Notes: a model not told the origin generated them from the sequence alone. Positions 1 through 12,338 are shown, numbered from the stretch's first letter. The stretch is DNA of 64,000 nt from Escherichia coli (GCF_030384885.1 NZ_CP128613.1), one strand, 5' to 3'. Numbers and translations: made by a program.

Positions 1-915
1 TTCGACCAGCGGCTCTGCATATTGTGTCCGCGTGTAGTGCACCAGCCGGTGCCGGCTGTCGTAATGGTACCGGTGAGTCCGCTCATCATCCGTGCGGATA
101 ACCCCTTCCGGGATGAGGTCGGTTTTCTCCGTCAGCCTGCCGTGACGGTCATACCGGTAAAGATAGTGCGCGTCACGTGTTATACGGTTATCCGGCCACA
201 TGCTGAGGGTGCTGTCCGGGTGCAGCTCCGGGTCAGGCAGGCGGTTACCTGCCGGGTCCGTGGCATACGGGATGCGGATATCCAGATTTGAGGTGGTGGT
301 GTGGACGCCGGTCAGCCTGCCGGTGGTGCTGTAGCTGTAACTCCGGGTCTGGCGCGGGCTGCTGATGCGGATGAGTTCGCCGTTGTCGTTCCAGGTGTAA
401 TCGCGGTCATACTGCAGGCTGTTCAGGTGCTGGCTCTGTAACTGCCCGGCAGGGGTATAAGCGGTGGTGAGTTCATAACGGCCGAAGCTGCGCAGCGTTT
501 CCCGGTGCAGGCGGTCGCGGGTGAAATCCACCAGCGGTGTGTCGCCGAGTTTCATCCCTGCCAGGTAACCACTGCCATAAGTCAGCCATTCCACGGCGGG
601 CAGGCTGTCCGGTATACAGCGGTTCGCCAGCCCCTGCGCGTTGTACGCATGTCTGGTTTCATGCTGCCAGAGCAGTTCATTCGTCTGCGGGTGATGCACC
701 GTCTGGCGCTCACCGGTCAGGGCAAGGTCGGTTTCGCCGGGAAGGACCTTTGCACCGAGCAACGGATTGACCGGATGACCGGACGTCACCCCGCCGGGGC
801 ACACCGAACAGGCCACGCTGGTGGGGGCACCAATACGTACCCCGGCTGAACCCTGAACAATGCTACCGCCATACTGCGTCATGTCGCCCTGACGCGCCGC
901 CGGTTTTCCGCTCAT
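1..915 (-). CDS. Rhs-family core protein, N-terminal part (start codon at 915-913; 3' end runs off window start). N-terminal ~67 aa fused in frame to late-core YD-repeat sequence
   Basis: Manual reverse-strand translation gives [68 protein letters not shown] then [31 protein letters not shown]... with no stop through position 1; matches Rhs N-terminus and YD-repeat core from memory; divergent from yibF as in K-12 rhsA. Confidence 0.75.
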   Translation of the reverse strand, partial: MSGKPAARQGDMTQYGGSIVQGSAGVRIGAPTSVACSVCPGGVTSGHPVNPLLGAKVLPGETDLALTGERQTVHHPQTNELLWQHETRHAYNAQGLANRCIPDSLPAVEWLTYGSGYLAGMKLGDTPLVDFTRDRLHRETLRSFGRYELTTAYTPAGQLQSQHLNSLQYDRDYTWNDNGELIRISSPRQTRSYSYSTTGRLTGVHTTTSNLDIRIPYATDPAGNRLPDPELHPDSTLSMWPDNRITRDAHYLYRYDRHGRLTEKTDLIPEGVIRTDDERTHRYHYDSRHRLVHYTRTQYAEPLVE

Positions 916-1143
916 CTGCTCATCCTTGTTTTATCGGGTTATTTGTCTGCTGACAGGCGAAACCCTACAGATTTATAAGAAAGCCTTAAGTGAGATATCT
1001 GTCAGATAAGAACAATTAGGAAAATATTTATATCACCATGATAAATATGTGATTTATTGGGAGGTAACAAACCATCAACATTTTCTGCCCTTTTTCCCAT
1101 CACCAGGCCATACTGATATTTTTCCTCGCACAAAGGACTCGGC

Positions 1144-1752
1144 ATGAAACTCGTCGGTAGCTACACCAGCCCGTTTGTACGCAAACTTTCTATTCTGTTG
1201 TTAGAAAAGGGCATAACTTTCGAATTTATTAATGAACTGCCCTATAACGCGGACAACGGCGTGGCGCAATTTAACCCGTTAGGGAAAGTGCCGGTGCTGG
1301 TGACTGAAGAGGGCGAATGTTGGTTTGATTCGCCGATCATCGCTGAATATATTGAATTAATGAATGTCGCTCCGGCGATGTTGCCGCGCGATCCGCTGGA
1401 GTCGTTGCGAGTGCGCAAAATTGAGGCGCTGGCGGATGGCATTATGGATGCCGGGCTGGTATCGGTGCGTGAACAGGCACGTCCGGCGGCGCAGCAGTCT
1501 GAAGATGAATTGTTACGCCAGCGGGAGAAAATCAACCGCAGTCTGGATGTGCTGGAAGGATATCTGGTCGATGGCACGCTCAAAACCGATATGGTCAACC
1601 TGGCGACTATCGCCATTGCCTGTGCCGTCGGATATCTCAATTTCCGCCGCGTTGCGCCAGGCTGGTGTGTCGACCGCCCACACTTAGTCAAACTGGTCGA
1701 AAACCTGTTTAGCCGCGAAAGTTTTGCCCGCACCGAACCGCCAAAGGCTTGA
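1144..1752 (+). CDS. yibF: Glutathione S-transferase-like protein YibF
   Basis: 202-aa ORF, recognised sequence, expected position next to selA. Confidence 0.9.
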   Translation: MKLVGSYTSPFVRKLSILLLEKGITFEFINELPYNADNGVAQFNPLGKVPVLVTEEGECWFDSPIIAEYIELMNVAPAMLPRDPLESLRVRKIEALADGIMDAGLVSVREQARPAAQQSEDELLRQREKINRSLDVLEGYLVDGTLKTDMVNLATIAIACAVGYLNFRRVAPGWCVDRPHLVKLVENLFSRESFARTEPPKA

Positions 1753-1849
1753 TGCGCGATATGTCCTCCTGACCCATCTCACGTTACAATCCGTGGTTAT
1801 GTTAAACGCCCTTCTCCGTGTGAGAGGGCCTTGATCAACCAGGTTTCCT

Positions 1850-3241
1850 ATGACAACCGAAACGCGTTCCCTCTATAGTCAACTTCCGGCTATTGATCGC
1901 TTATTGCGCGATAGCTCTTTCCTTTCTTTGCGTGATACCTATGGTCACACCCGCGTGGTGGAGTTGCTGCGTCAGATGCTTGACGAAGCGCGAGAAGTGA
2001 TTCGTGACAACCAGACGCTGCCCGCATGGTGTGAAAACTGGGCGCAAGAAGTCGATGCCCGGCTGACGAAGGAGGCGCAGAGCGCGCTGCGTCCGGTGAT
2101 CAACCTGACGGGAACCGTGCTGCATACCAATCTTGGGCGAGCTTTACAGGCAGAAGCCGCGGTGGAAGCCGTTGCGCAGGCTATGCGTTCGCCAGTGACC
2201 CTCGAGTACGATCTGGACGACGCCGGACGCGGACATCGCGATCGGGCGCTGGCACAGCTGCTGTGCCGCATTACGGGGGCGGAAGATGCCTGTATCGTTA
2301 ATAACAATGCGGCGGCGGTATTGTTGATGTTGGCGGCCACTGCCAGTGGGAAAGAGGTGGTGGTATCTCGCGGCGAACTGGTGGAGATTGGCGGCGCGTT
2401 TCGTATTCCTGATGTCATGCGTCAGGCAGGCTGCACCCTACACGAAGTGGGGACCACCAATCGCACGCACGCTAATGATTATCGCCAGGCGGTGAATGAA
2501 AATACCGCTCTGTTGATGAAAGTACATACCAGTAACTACAGCATTCAGGGGTTCACCAAAGCGATAGATGAAGCTGAACTGGTGGCGCTCGGCAAAGAGC
2601 TGGATGTTCCAGTGGTGACGGATTTAGGCAGTGGCTCGCTAGTCGATCTTAGCCAGTACGGTTTGCCGAAAGAGCCAATGCCGCAGGAGTTGATTGCGGC
2701 GGGCGTCAGTCTGGTGAGCTTCTCCGGCGACAAGCTGTTAGGCGGGCCGCAGGCAGGAATTATTGTTGGTAAAAAAGAGATGATCGCCCGCCTGCAAAGC
2801 CATCCACTGAAGCGTGCATTACGCGCGGATAAAATGACCCTCGCGGCGCTGGAAGCCACGTTGCGTCTTTATTTACACCCTGAGGCGCTGAGTGAAAAAT
2901 TACCGACCCTGCGTCTGCTTACCCGCAGCGCAGAGGTCATTCAAATCCAGGCACAACGTTTACAGGCCCCCCTTGCCGCACATTACGGCGCGGAGTTCGC
3001 GGTACAGGTTATGCCATGTCTTTCGCAGATTGGCAGTGGTTCGCTGCCGGTTGATCGCCTGCCGAGCGCGGCATTAACGTTTACACCCCATGATGGACGC
3101 GGTAGCCACCTTGAGTCATTAGCCGCCCGCTGGCGTGAATTGCCAGTGCCGGTGATTGGTCGTATTTATGACGGACGATTGTGGCTGGATTTACGCTGCC
3201 TTGAAGATGAGCAACGGTTTTTGGAGATGTTGTTGAAATGA
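1850..3241 (+). CDS. selA: L-seryl-tRNA(Sec) selenium transferase (selenocysteine synthase)
   Basis: 463-aa ORF, recognised; 4-bp ATGA overlap with selB. Confidence 0.93.
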   Translation: MTTETRSLYSQLPAIDRLLRDSSFLSLRDTYGHTRVVELLRQMLDEAREVIRDNQTLPAWCENWAQEVDARLTKEAQSALRPVINLTGTVLHTNLGRALQAEAAVEAVAQAMRSPVTLEYDLDDAGRGHRDRALAQLLCRITGAEDACIVNNNAAAVLLMLAATASGKEVVVSRGELVEIGGAFRIPDVMRQAGCTLHEVGTTNRTHANDYRQAVNENTALLMKVHTSNYSIQGFTKAIDEAELVALGKELDVPVVTDLGSGSLVDLSQYGLPKEPMPQELIAAGVSLVSFSGDKLLGGPQAGIIVGKKEMIARLQSHPLKRALRADKMTLAALEATLRLYLHPEALSEKLPTLRLLTRSAEVIQIQAQRLQAPLAAHYGAEFAVQVMPCLSQIGSGSLPVDRLPSAALTFTPHDGRGSHLESLAARWRELPVPVIGRIYDGRLWLDLRCLEDEQRFLEMLLK

Positions 3242-5082
3242 TTATTGCGACTGCCGGACACGTTGACCACGGCAAAACAACCTTATTGCAGGCGATTACT
3301 GGCGTAAATGCCGACCGTCTGCCGGAAGAAAAAAAGCGCGGTATGACCATCGATCTCGGCTATGCCTACTGGCCGCAGTCAGATGGTCGCGTGCCTGGTT
3401 TTATCGACGTTCCCGGCCATGAAAAATTTCTTTCCAACATGCTGGCGGGCGTCGGGGGAATCGATCACGCGCTGTTGGTGGTGGCGTGCGATGACGGCGT
3501 GATGGCACAGACTCGTGAGCATCTGGCGATTTTGCAGCTGACCGGTAACCCGATGCTGACAGTGGCGCTGACCAAAGCCGATCGCGTGGACGAAGCGCGT
3601 GTTGATGAGGTTGAACGCCAGGTAAAGGAGGTGCTGCGGGAATACGGTTTTGCTGAGGCAAAACTGTTTATCACCGCAGCAACCGAAGGCCGGGGAATTG
3701 ATGCCCTGCGCGAGCATCTGCTTCAGTTACCAGAACGTGAACACGCCAGCCAACATAGCTTCCGCCTCGCTATCGACCGTGCTTTTACCGTAAAAGGTGC
3801 CGGGCTGGTCGTCACCGGTACGGCGTTAAGTGGGGAAGTGAAGGTAGGCGATTCACTCTGGCTGACTGGTGTAAATAAACCGATGCGCGTGCGTGCGCTA
3901 CATGCGCAAAATCAGCCAACAGAAACTGCCCATGCCGGGCAGCGTATCGCGCTTAACATCGCGGGTGATGCGGAAAAAGAGCAGATTAACCGTGGCGACT
4001 GGCTGCTTGCCGATGCGCCGCCGGAGCCGTTCACACGGGTGATTGTCGAGCTTCAAACCCATACACCGCTGACCCAGTGGCAGCCGCTGCATATTCACCA
4101 CGCCGCCAGCCACGTCACGGGACGCGTTTCGCTGCTGGAAGATAACCTTGCCGAGTTGGTGTTCGACACGCCGCTGTGGCTGGCAGATAACGATCGCTTA
4201 GTGCTACGCGATATCTCGGCCCGCAACACGCTGGCGGGGGCGCGCGTGGTGATGCTTAACCCGCCGCGTCGCGGTAAACGTAAGCCGGAATATCTGCAAT
4301 GGCTGGCGTCTCTTGCACAGGCGCAGAGCGATGCCGATGCGTTAGCTATTCATCTGGAACGCGGAGCGGTTAACCTTGCTGATTTCGCCTGGGCGCGCCA
4401 GCTCAACGGCGAAGGGATGCGTGAACTGCTGCAGCAACCGGGCTATATTCAGGCCGGTTATAGCTTGTTGAATGCGCCGGTTGCCGCTCGTTGGCAGCGT
4501 AAAATTCTCGATACCCTGGCGACTTATCATGAGCAGCATCGCGATGAACCAGGTCCTGGGCGCGAGCGTCTGCGGCGCATGGCGTTGCCAATGGAAGATG
4601 AAGCGCTGGTGCTGTTGCTGATTGAAAAGATGCGCGAAAGCGGCGACATCCTCAGTCATCACGGTTGGCTGCATCTGCCGGATCATAAAGCGGGATTCAG
4701 CGAAGAGCAGCAGGCTATCTGGCAAAAAGCGGAGCCGCTGTTTGGTGACGAGCCGTGGTGGGTGCGTGACCTGGCAAAAGAGACGGGAACCGACGAGCAG
4801 GCAATGCGTTTGACGCTACGCCAGGCGGCCCAACAGGGGATAATTACCGCGATCGTTAAAGATCGTTATTACCGTAACGATCGGATTGTCGAGTTTGCCA
4901 ATATGATCCGCGATCTCGATCAGGAATGTGGTTCAACCTGCGCGGCGGATTTCCGCGATCGCTTAGGTGTAGGCCGAAAGCTGGCAATTCAAATTCTGGA
5001 ATATTTTGACCGTATTGGCTTTACGCGTCGCCGTGGAAATGATCATTTATTGCGCGACGCATTATTATTTCCCGAAAAATAA
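3238..5082 (+). CDS. selB: Selenocysteine-specific translation elongation factor
   Basis: 614-aa ORF with N-terminal GTPase motif [11 protein letters not shown], recognised. Confidence 0.93.
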   Translation: MIIATAGHVDHGKTTLLQAITGVNADRLPEEKKRGMTIDLGYAYWPQSDGRVPGFIDVPGHEKFLSNMLAGVGGIDHALLVVACDDGVMAQTREHLAILQLTGNPMLTVALTKADRVDEARVDEVERQVKEVLREYGFAEAKLFITAATEGRGIDALREHLLQLPEREHASQHSFRLAIDRAFTVKGAGLVVTGTALSGEVKVGDSLWLTGVNKPMRVRALHAQNQPTETAHAGQRIALNIAGDAEKEQINRGDWLLADAPPEPFTRVIVELQTHTPLTQWQPLHIHHAASHVTGRVSLLEDNLAELVFDTPLWLADNDRLVLRDISARNTLAGARVVMLNPPRRGKRKPEYLQWLASLAQAQSDADALAIHLERGAVNLADFAWARQLNGEGMRELLQQPGYIQAGYSLLNAPVAARWQRKILDTLATYHEQHRDEPGPGRERLRRMALPMEDEALVLLLIEKMRESGDILSHHGWLHLPDHKAGFSEEQQAIWQKAEPLFGDEPWWVRDLAKETGTDEQAMRLTLRQAAQQGIITAIVKDRYYRNDRIVEFANMIRDLDQECGSTCAADFRDRLGVGRKLAIQILEYFDRIGFTRRRGNDHLLRDALLFPEK

Positions 5083-5139
5083 GGGAACGATTAATTCATA
5101 ATAAATATGAATTAATACAAAGTTCTTATTAATGTTAAG

Positions 5140-5177
5140 GAAGCACGTTATTTGATGAATGTAACGTGCTTTTTATT
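5140..5177 (+). terminator. Rho-independent terminator downstream of selB
   Basis: Inverted repeat agcacgtta / taacgtgct followed by T-run. Confidence 0.6.
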
Positions 5178-5271
5178 AAAAATATTTTAATAAACGGTAA
5201 TGTTGATCATATTTTCAAATGAAAATCCTCAGTAAGCTGCCCGCCCTTTTTTACACTTTCAGGAGTGTGTT

Positions 5272-6423
5272 ATGGCAGCTTCAACCTTTTTTATTCCTTC
5301 CGTGAATGTTATTGGTGCTGATTCATTGAATGATGCAATGAATATGATGGCAGATTATGGATTTACCCGTACCTTAATTGTCACCGACAATATGTTAACG
5401 AAATTGGGTATGGCGGGTGATGTGCAAAAAGCACTGGAAGAACGCAATATTTTTAGCGTTATTTATGATGGCACCCAACCTAACCCCACCACGGAAAACG
5501 TCGCTGCAGGTTTGAAATTACTTAAAGAAAATAATTGCGATAGCGTAATCTCCCTGGGCGGTGGTTCTCCGCACGACTGTGCAAAAGGTATTGCGCTGGT
5601 TGCAGCCAACGGCGGTGACATCCGCGATTATGAAGGCGTTGACCGCTCTGCAAAACCGCAGTTGCCGATGATCGCCATCAACACCACGGCGGGTACGGCA
5701 TCAGAAATGACCCGTTTTTGCATCATCACCGATGAAGCACGTCACATCAAAATGGCGATTGTGGATAAGCACGTCACTCCGCTGCTTTCTGTCAATGACT
5801 CCTCGCTGATGATCGGTATGCCGAAGTCACTGACCGCTGCAACGGGTATGGATGCCTTAACGCACGCTATCGAAGCGTATGTGTCTATTGCCGCCACGCC
5901 GATCACCGACGCTTGCGCACTGAAAGCGGTGACTATGATTGCTGAAAACCTGCCCTTAGCCGTTGAAGATGGCAGCAATGAGAAAGCGCGCGAAGCAATG
6001 GCTTACGCTCAGTTCCTCGCGGGTATGGCGTTCAACAATGCGTCTCTGGGTTATGTTCATGCGATGGCGCACCAGCTGGGCGGTTTCTACAACCTGCCAC
6101 ACGGTGTATGTAATGCTGTTCTGCTGCCACACGTTCAGGTGTTCAACAGCAAAGTCGCTGCTGCACGTTTGCGTGACTGCGCTGCTGCGATGGGTGTTAA
6201 CGTGACAGGTAAAAACGATGCGGAAGGTGCAGAAGCCTGCATCAATGCCATCCGTGAACTGGCGAAGAAAGTGAATATCCCGGCAGGCTTGCGTGACCTG
6301 AACGTGAAAGAAGAAGATTTCGCGGTACTGGCGACCAATGCCCTGAAAGATGCCTGCGGCTTTACTAACCCGATTCAGGCAACTCACGAAGAAATTGTGG
6401 CGATTTATCGCGCGGCGATGTAA
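5272..6423 (+). CDS. yiaY: Iron-containing (group III) alcohol dehydrogenase
   Basis: 383-aa ORF, Fe-ADH family features, recognised. Confidence 0.9.
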   Translation: MAASTFFIPSVNVIGADSLNDAMNMMADYGFTRTLIVTDNMLTKLGMAGDVQKALEERNIFSVIYDGTQPNPTTENVAAGLKLLKENNCDSVISLGGGSPHDCAKGIALVAANGGDIRDYEGVDRSAKPQLPMIAINTTAGTASEMTRFCIITDEARHIKMAIVDKHVTPLLSVNDSSLMIGMPKSLTAATGMDALTHAIEAYVSIAATPITDACALKAVTMIAENLPLAVEDGSNEKAREAMAYAQFLAGMAFNNASLGYVHAMAHQLGGFYNLPHGVCNAVLLPHVQVFNSKVAAARLRDCAAAMGVNVTGKNDAEGAEACINAIRELAKKVNIPAGLRDLNVKEEDFAVLATNALKDACGFTNPIQATHEEIVAIYRAAM

Positions 6424-6623
6424 TCATCATTCCCATAATGGCTGGCTAATTGTCAGCCATTTTTTCAACTCTCTCAAAATTTGCGATTTTTGAGAGAGTT
6501 TTAGTTATCTCTGTAATCCTTGCCCGTAAATTCGTGATAGCCGTCGTAAAGCTATCACCAGCTGGCGAAGATTTCGCCAGTCACGTCTACCCTTGTTATA
6601 CCTCACACCGCAAGGAGACGATC

Positions 6624-8162
6624 ATGACCAACAATCCCCCTTCAGCACAGATTAAGCCCGGCGAGTATGGCTTCCCCCTCAAGTTAAAAGCCCGCTACGA
6701 CAACTTTATTGGCGGCGAATGGGTAGCCCCTGCCGACGGCGAGTATTACCAGAACCTGACGCCGGTGACCGGGCAGCTACTGTGCGAAGTGGCGTCTTCG
6801 GGCAAACGAGATATCGATCTGGCGCTGGATGCTGCGCATAAAGTGAAAGATAAATGGGCGCATACTTCGGTGCAGGATCGCGCGGCGATTCTGTTTAAGA
6901 TTGCCGATCGAATGGAGCAGAACCTCGAACTTTTAGCGACGGCTGAAACCTGGGATAACGGCAAACCCATTCGCGAAACCAGTGCTGCTGATGTACCGCT
7001 GGCGATTGACCACTTCCGCTATTTCGCCTCGTGTATTCGGGCGCAGGAAGGCGGTATTAGCGAAGTGGATAGCGAAACCGTGGCTTATCACTTCCACGAA
7101 CCGTTAGGCGTGGTGGGGCAGATTATCCCGTGGAACTTCCCGCTGTTGATGGCGAGCTGGAAAATGGCTCCCGCGCTGGCGGCGGGCAACTGTGTGGTGC
7201 TGAAACCCGCACGTCTTACCCCGCTTTCTGTACTGCTGCTAATGGAAATCGTTGGTGATTTACTGCCGCCGGGCGTGGTGAACGTGGTTAACGGCGCTGG
7301 TGGGGAAATTGGCGAATATCTGGCGACCTCGAAACGCATCGCCAAAGTGGCGTTTACCGGCTCAACGGAAGTGGGCCAACAAGTTATGCAGTACGCCACG
7401 CAAAATATTATTCCGGTAACCCTGGAACTGGGCGGCAAGTCGCCAAATATCTTCTTTGCTGATGTGATGGATGAAGAAGATGCCTTTTTCGATAAAGCGC
7501 TGGAAGGCTTTGCACTGTTTGCTTTTAACCAGGGCGAAGTTTGCACCTGTCCAAGTCGTGCCTTAGTGCAGGAGTCTATCTACGAACGCTTTATGGAACG
7601 CGCCATCCGCCGTGTCGAAAGCATTCGTAGCGGTAACCCGCTCGACAGCGTGACGCAAATGGGGGCGCAGGTTTCTCACGGGCAATTGGAAACCATCCTC
7701 AACTACATTGATATTGGTAAAAAAGAGGGCGCAGACGTGCTCACCGGCGGGCGGCGCAAGCTGCTGGAAGGCGAACTGAAAGACGGCTACTACCTCGAAC
7801 CGACGATTCTGTTTGGTCAGAACAATATGCGCGTTTTCCAGGAAGAAATTTTTGGCCCGGTGCTGGCGGTAACCACCTTCAAAACGATGGACGAGGCGCT
7901 GGAGCTGGCGAACGACACGCAATATGGTCTGGGCGCAGGTGTCTGGAGTCGTAACGGCAATCTGGCCTATAAGATGGGGCGCGGCATTCAGGCCGGACGC
8001 GTATGGACCAACTGTTATCATGCCTACCCGGCACACGCAGCATTTGGCGGCTATAAGCAGTCGGGCATCGGGCGCGAAACCCATAAGATGATGCTGGAGC
8101 ATTATCAGCAAACCAAGTGCTTGCTGGTGAGCTACTCGGATAAACCATTGGGGCTGTTCTGA
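6624..8162 (+). CDS. aldB: Aldehyde dehydrogenase B
   Basis: Start chosen at ATG 6624 ([18 protein letters not shown] aaggag upstream) giving 512 aa; the track ORF from 6450 is an upstream in-frame extension. Confidence 0.9.
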   Translation: MTNNPPSAQIKPGEYGFPLKLKARYDNFIGGEWVAPADGEYYQNLTPVTGQLLCEVASSGKRDIDLALDAAHKVKDKWAHTSVQDRAAILFKIADRMEQNLELLATAETWDNGKPIRETSAADVPLAIDHFRYFASCIRAQEGGISEVDSETVAYHFHEPLGVVGQIIPWNFPLLMASWKMAPALAAGNCVVLKPARLTPLSVLLLMEIVGDLLPPGVVNVVNGAGGEIGEYLATSKRIAKVAFTGSTEVGQQVMQYATQNIIPVTLELGGKSPNIFFADVMDEEDAFFDKALEGFALFAFNQGEVCTCPSRALVQESIYERFMERAIRRVESIRSGNPLDSVTQMGAQVSHGQLETILNYIDIGKKEGADVLTGGRRKLLEGELKDGYYLEPTILFGQNNMRVFQEEIFGPVLAVTTFKTMDEALELANDTQYGLGAGVWSRNGNLAYKMGRGIQAGRVWTNCYHAYPAHAAFGGYKQSGIGRETHKMMLEHYQQTKCLLVSYSDKPLGLF

Positions 8163-8193
8163 TGTAAGAAGCTGGTCGCATCGGGAGGTCATT

Positions 8194-8295
8194 GCCTGAT
8201 GCGACGCTTTCGCGTCTTATCATGCCTGGGGGGGCATATATTTACGCCTGACTCCTGACCGTAGGCCGGATAAGGCGTTCACGCCGCATCCGGCA
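8194..8295. repeat. REP/BIME palindromic units
   Basis: gcctgatgcgacgc...cgtcttatcatgcc and taggccggataaggcgttcacgccgcatccggca consensus REP sequences. Confidence 0.85.
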
Positions 8296-8411
8296 TAAAC
8301 AAAGCGCACGTTGTTACAATTTGCGTTTTAAACCTACATGCGCAATAACCCAGACTACGCCAACAGAAGTGCGTTTCTGGCGGAAGCTGCCCGGCGTGTA
8401 TTGCCGGGCGT

Positions 8412-8747
8412 TTAATCTCGCGTTTCGATGGTGAGCGGGCGGACCAGGCTGTACAGCCACAGACCAAAACAAGCGATGGTGCCAATCACCACGGTGAGGA
8501 ACACACTGACTGACAGGCCTGCAAGCAATCCCGCAGGCAGGGCCAGCAGGCCGTGGATCACGGTGTCGTTCCATCTCACCAGATCGTAGCCAAACATGCC
8601 TAAAACGCCGCAAACCAGACCGTAAATCACCATTGGTGTTCCGAGGCCAATCAGCAATAAACGGTAGATAATTGAAGGTTTAATACGCTTTATCTGTACT
8701 GTGGATGTTTTACTGGGGTTATTCATTAGTTTGGTCAATAGTTCCAT
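8412..8747 (-). CDS. Hypothetical small membrane protein (three hydrophobic segments); may be spurious
   Basis: Open frame in otherwise intergenic DNA; strongly hydrophobic helix-like segments; start uncertain (ATG 8747 or track start 8795). Confidence 0.3.
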   Translation of the reverse strand: MELLTKLMNNPSKTSTVQIKRIKPSIIYRLLLIGLGTPMVIYGLVCGVLGMFGYDLVRWNDTVIHGLLALPAGLLAGLSVSVFLTVVIGTIACFGLWLYSLVRPLTIETRD

Positions 8748-8908
8748 TATTTCAATATGATAAACCTCGACCTGTTGAAAAGCCAGGTAGCACACTTCAG
8801 AAAGTATATAAAAAACAATATGTCGTTATATAAATAAGGAAATTGCACTGCATCATGGCATTTCATAATATGCGTTAATTGTTCTTTTTTATATTCTCTG
8901 AGGGAAAT

Positions 8909-9232
8909 ATGTTCCTGGACTATTTTGCACTGGGAGTGCTTATTTTTGTATTTCTGGTGATATTCTATGGGATTATTATTTTACATGATATTCCCTACCT
9001 GATTGCTAAAAAACGTAATCATCCTCATGCCGACGCCATTCATGTTGCTGGTTGGGTGAGTCTTTTTACGCTGCATGTTATCTGGCCATTTTTGTGGATT
9101 TGGGCCACGCTTTACCGCCCGGAGCGGGGATGGGGAATGCAAAACTATGACTCCTCCGTTGTGCAACTACAACAGCGTATTGCCGGGCTGGAGAAACAGC
9201 TCGCCGACATCAAATCCTCTTCTGCCGAGTAA
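8909..9232 (+). CDS. yiaW: Inner membrane protein YiaW (DUF3302)
   Basis: 107 aa from ATG 8909 ([11 protein letters not shown]), RBS gagggaaa; 6 bp upstream of yiaV. Confidence 0.85.
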   Translation: MFLDYFALGVLIFVFLVIFYGIIILHDIPYLIAKKRNHPHADAIHVAGWVSLFTLHVIWPFLWIWATLYRPERGWGMQNYDSSVVQLQQRIAGLEKQLADIKSSSAE

Positions 9233-9237
9233 TACTT

Positions 9238-10374
9238 ATGGATTTACTGATTATTTTGACCTATGTGGCTTTCGCATGGGCAATGTTTAAGATCTTCAAA
9301 ATTCCTGTAAATAAATGGACCATTCCCACCGCGGCCCTGGGTGGCATATTTATTGTCAGCGGTCTAATTCTGTTAATGAACTATAACCATCCGTATACCT
9401 TTAAAGCGCAAAAAGCGGTTATTTCTATTCCTGTTGTCCCGCAGGTGACAGGCGTGGTGATCGAAGTGACGGACAAGAAAAATACGCTGATTAAAAAAGG
9501 TGAGGTGCTATTTCGACTGGACCCGACGCGTTATCAGGCGCGGGTGGATCGGCTGATGGCGGATATCGTTACCGCAGAACATAAACAGCGGGCGTTGGGC
9601 GCAGAGTTAGATGAGATGGCGGCGAATACTCAGCAGGCAAAGGCCACGCGGGATAAATTCGCTAAAGAGTACCAGCGTTACGCACGCGGCAGCCAGGCGA
9701 AAGTAAACCCGTTTTCAGAACGCGATATTGATGTGGCGCGGCAAAATTATCTGGCGCAGGAAGCCTCCGTAAAGTCATCGGCGGCGGAACAAAAACAGAT
9801 CCAGAGCCAGCTGGATAGCCTGGTGTTGGGTGAACATTCTCAAATCGCCAGCCTGAAAGCGCAGCTCGCGGAAGCAAAATATAACCTTGAGCAGACGATA
9901 GTGCGTGCGCCGAGCGATGGTTATGTGACCCAAGTGCTGATTCGTCCGGGTACCTATGCCGCATCGCTGCCGCTACGTCCTGTGATGGTGTTTATACCCG
10001 ATCAGAAACGACAAATTGTGGCGCAGTTCCGTCAGAACTCCTTGCTGCGACTGGCTCCCGGCGATGATGCGGAAGTGGTGTTTAATGCTCTGCCAGGTAA
10101 GGTATTCAGCGGTAAGCTGGCAGCCATTAGTCCAGCTGTTCCCGGCGGAGCTTATCAGTCGACCGGCACCTTACAGACGTTAAACACAGCACCGGGTTCA
10201 GATGGCGTTATAGCGACCATTGAACTGGATGAGCACACTGAGTTGAGCGCTTTACCAGACGGTATTTACGCCCAGGTGGCGGTTTACTCTGATCATTTCA
10301 GCCATGTCTCGGTGATGCGCAAAGTGCTGTTACGCATGACCAGTTGGGTGCATTACCTTTATCTCGATCATTAA
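9238..10374 (+). CDS. yiaV: HlyD-like membrane fusion-type inner membrane protein YiaV
   Basis: 378-aa ORF, N-terminal TM segment and coiled-coil region, recognised. Confidence 0.88.
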   Translation: MDLLIILTYVAFAWAMFKIFKIPVNKWTIPTAALGGIFIVSGLILLMNYNHPYTFKAQKAVISIPVVPQVTGVVIEVTDKKNTLIKKGEVLFRLDPTRYQARVDRLMADIVTAEHKQRALGAELDEMAANTQQAKATRDKFAKEYQRYARGSQAKVNPFSERDIDVARQNYLAQEASVKSSAAEQKQIQSQLDSLVLGEHSQIASLKAQLAEAKYNLEQTIVRAPSDGYVTQVLIRPGTYAASLPLRPVMVFIPDQKRQIVAQFRQNSLLRLAPGDDAEVVFNALPGKVFSGKLAAISPAVPGGAYQSTGTLQTLNTAPGSDGVIATIELDEHTELSALPDGIYAQVAVYSDHFSHVSVMRKVLLRMTSWVHYLYLDH

Positions 10375-11345
10375 TCTTCGCTTTCCGCCGCTTGTTCAGG
10401 CCGCAGTTGCTGCGACTGAGCAAGCTGGTGGCGAATTTCACGCAGCATTTCATCCAGCACATACTGGACCCGCCAGGGCTGGTATTCCCGTTTACGGAAG
10501 ATAGCCACCAGATCCAGCCACCATTCATACGGTTGCTGAAAGCAGGGCACCAGCGTGCCGTCTTGCAGGTCGCTCTGCACACTTTTGTCTGGCGCAAACA
10601 CAATCCCCAGGTGATTTCGTGCCAGCTCCAGCGCCGATTGCGTGTTGTCGCAAACGTAATTTCCCTTCACGCGATAATCCCGCACCTCTTTACTCCCGGC
10701 GACGTTGAAGCGCCAGATATTCGCGTCGTCGATCATCATCGAGTCGATCAAAATACAGGAGTGATGTTCGAGTTCGTCAGGACGGCTAATGGGATGTTTC
10801 TCAAGATAGCGCTGACTGGCATAAGCGGTTACGGCATATTGCGTAATAAAACTGGCAACCAGCGATTCATCTTTTGGTGGAGCATAGCTGATTAAAACAT
10901 CACAATCATCGGGAAATTCGACACCTTCATAAAAGGCATTACGCTCAAGATTGCAGGTTTTTAGCGATAAGGTGATATCACCGATATCTTTAATTTTATC
11001 GATAACATGTTTGGATAAATAGGTAATTATGCCGGTTGGGGCGTAGATGGTGACCCGACCACGCTTCTCATGCTTATAATCTGCAATAAAATTATTAAGT
11101 TGCTCGTTTCTGTCCAGCATGTCGTTGATGTACGGTAACAGCGCGGTACCAAAAGGTGTGAGCATCAGCTGCCGGGTGGTTCGGTCAAAGACTTTTAAAC
11201 CTACTTTTGATTCAAAATCAGCAAGATATTTGCTGACGTTGGCCTGTGCGAATCCAAGTACAGTCGCGGCATGGCTGATATTTTCACTGGCAGCGATTAC
11301 CGAGATAATTTTTAACTCCCGGTACTTAAGTTGTAATTTTGTCAT
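10371..11345 (-). CDS. yiaU: LysR-family transcriptional regulator
   Basis: 324-aa ORF with N-terminal LysR HTH; divergent from yiaT. Confidence 0.9.
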   Translation of the reverse strand: MTKLQLKYRELKIISVIAASENISHAATVLGFAQANVSKYLADFESKVGLKVFDRTTRQLMLTPFGTALLPYINDMLDRNEQLNNFIADYKHEKRGRVTIYAPTGIITYLSKHVIDKIKDIGDITLSLKTCNLERNAFYEGVEFPDDCDVLISYAPPKDESLVASFITQYAVTAYASQRYLEKHPISRPDELEHHSCILIDSMMIDDANIWRFNVAGSKEVRDYRVKGNYVCDNTQSALELARNHLGIVFAPDKSVQSDLQDGTLVPCFQQPYEWWLDLVAIFRKREYQPWRVQYVLDEMLREIRHQLAQSQQLRPEQAAESED

Positions 11346-11468
11346 CGCAACAGCCCAATTATATATAATTTTATATATTACTATATAAATATGAATCTTG
11401 CACCGGAGAAATTGTAAGCATTATTATGCCGACTCTTTTTTATCTTATTTTAAAATGGAATACCGGAC

Positions 11469-12209
11469 ATGTTAATTAACCGCAATATTGTGGCGTTATT
11501 TGCGTTACCTTTTATGGCAAGCGCAACTGCTTCTGAATTATCCATTGGTGCTGGTGCAGCTTATAATGAATCGCCTTATCGTGGTTATAATGAAAATACA
11601 AAGGCAATTCCGCTGATTAGTTATGAAGGTGATTCATTTTATGTTCGTCAGACCACGTTAGGTTTTATTCTGTCGCAAAGTGAAAAAAATGAACTTAGTC
11701 TGACCGCATCCTGGATGCCGCTGGAATTTGACCCTGCAGATAATGACGATCATGCCATGCAACAGCTTGATAAGCGTGATAGTACGGCTATGGCGGGGGT
11801 TGCCTGGTATCACCACGAGCGTTGGGGAACCGTGAAAGCCTCTGCGGCTGCGGACGTTCTGGATAACAGCAACGGCTGGGTGGGGGAGCTATCGGTATTT
11901 CACAAAATGCAGATAGGTCGCCTGTCGCTGACACCTGCACTGGGCGTTCTCTATTATGACGAGAATTTCAGTGACTATTACTATGGCATTTCAGAGAGTG
12001 AGTCCCGTCGTAGCGGTCTGGCAAGTTATTCCGCGCAGGATGCCTGGGTGCCCTATGTCAGCCTGACGGCAAAATACCCGATAGGAGAGCACATCGTATT
12101 GATGGCGAGTGCCGGATACAGCGAGCTGCCGGAAGAGATTACCGACAGCCCGATGATTGATCGTAATGAGAGTTTTACCTTTGTCACCGGCGTGAGCTGG
12201 CGTTTTTAA
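11469..12209 (+). CDS. yiaT: Outer membrane protein YiaT (MipA/OmpV family)
   Basis: 246-aa ORF with signal peptide, recognised. Confidence 0.88.
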   Translation: MLINRNIVALFALPFMASATASELSIGAGAAYNESPYRGYNENTKAIPLISYEGDSFYVRQTTLGFILSQSEKNELSLTASWMPLEFDPADNDDHAMQQLDKRDSTAMAGVAWYHHERWGTVKASAAADVLDNSNGWVGELSVFHKMQIGRLSLTPALGVLYYDENFSDYYYGISESESRRSGLASYSAQDAWVPYVSLTAKYPIGEHIVLMASAGYSELPEEITDSPMIDRNESFTFVTGVSWRF

Positions 12210-12218
12210 TTTACCGGT

Positions 12219-12338
12219 GGATGTCGGTGCGGCTGGCCTACGCTCTCGCACTGACCTTCAGGCTTGATAAGACGCGTTAAGCGTCGCATCAGGCAATGTG
12301 CACCCTACGTTGGATGCGGCGCGAGCGCCTTATCCAAC
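12219..12338. repeat. REP/BIME palindromic units directly abutting the stop codon of the GH127 gene
   Basis: ggcttgataagacgcgttaagcgtcgcatcaggc and ggatgcggcgcgagcgccttatccaacctac REP-type palindromes. Confidence 0.8.

Noticed and set aside
3238-5082. SECIS element or in-frame UGA selenocysteine codon near selAB
   Set aside because: selA/selB encode the machinery, not a selenoprotein; the one notable in-frame TGA (yhjY codon 10) has no downstream hairpin resembling a bacterial SECIS and is better explained as a nonsense mutation.
6450-6623. Upstream extension of the aldB ORF (track start 6450); similar extensions for avtA, xylG, xylF, xylA, yiaF, ghrB, tag, yhjX, eptB, dppB
   Set aside because: Longest-ORF artefacts: internal ATGs with good RBSs match the known N-termini and protein lengths.
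7563-8192. 209-aa minus-strand ORF (plus the 114-aa ORF at 7879-8223)
   Set aside because: Entirely antisense to the well-supported aldB coding region; no RBS context; interpreted as a shadow ORF.
10344-10895. 183-aa plus-strand ORF
   Set aside because: Antisense within yiaU; overlaps the yiaV 3' end in a different frame; no support.
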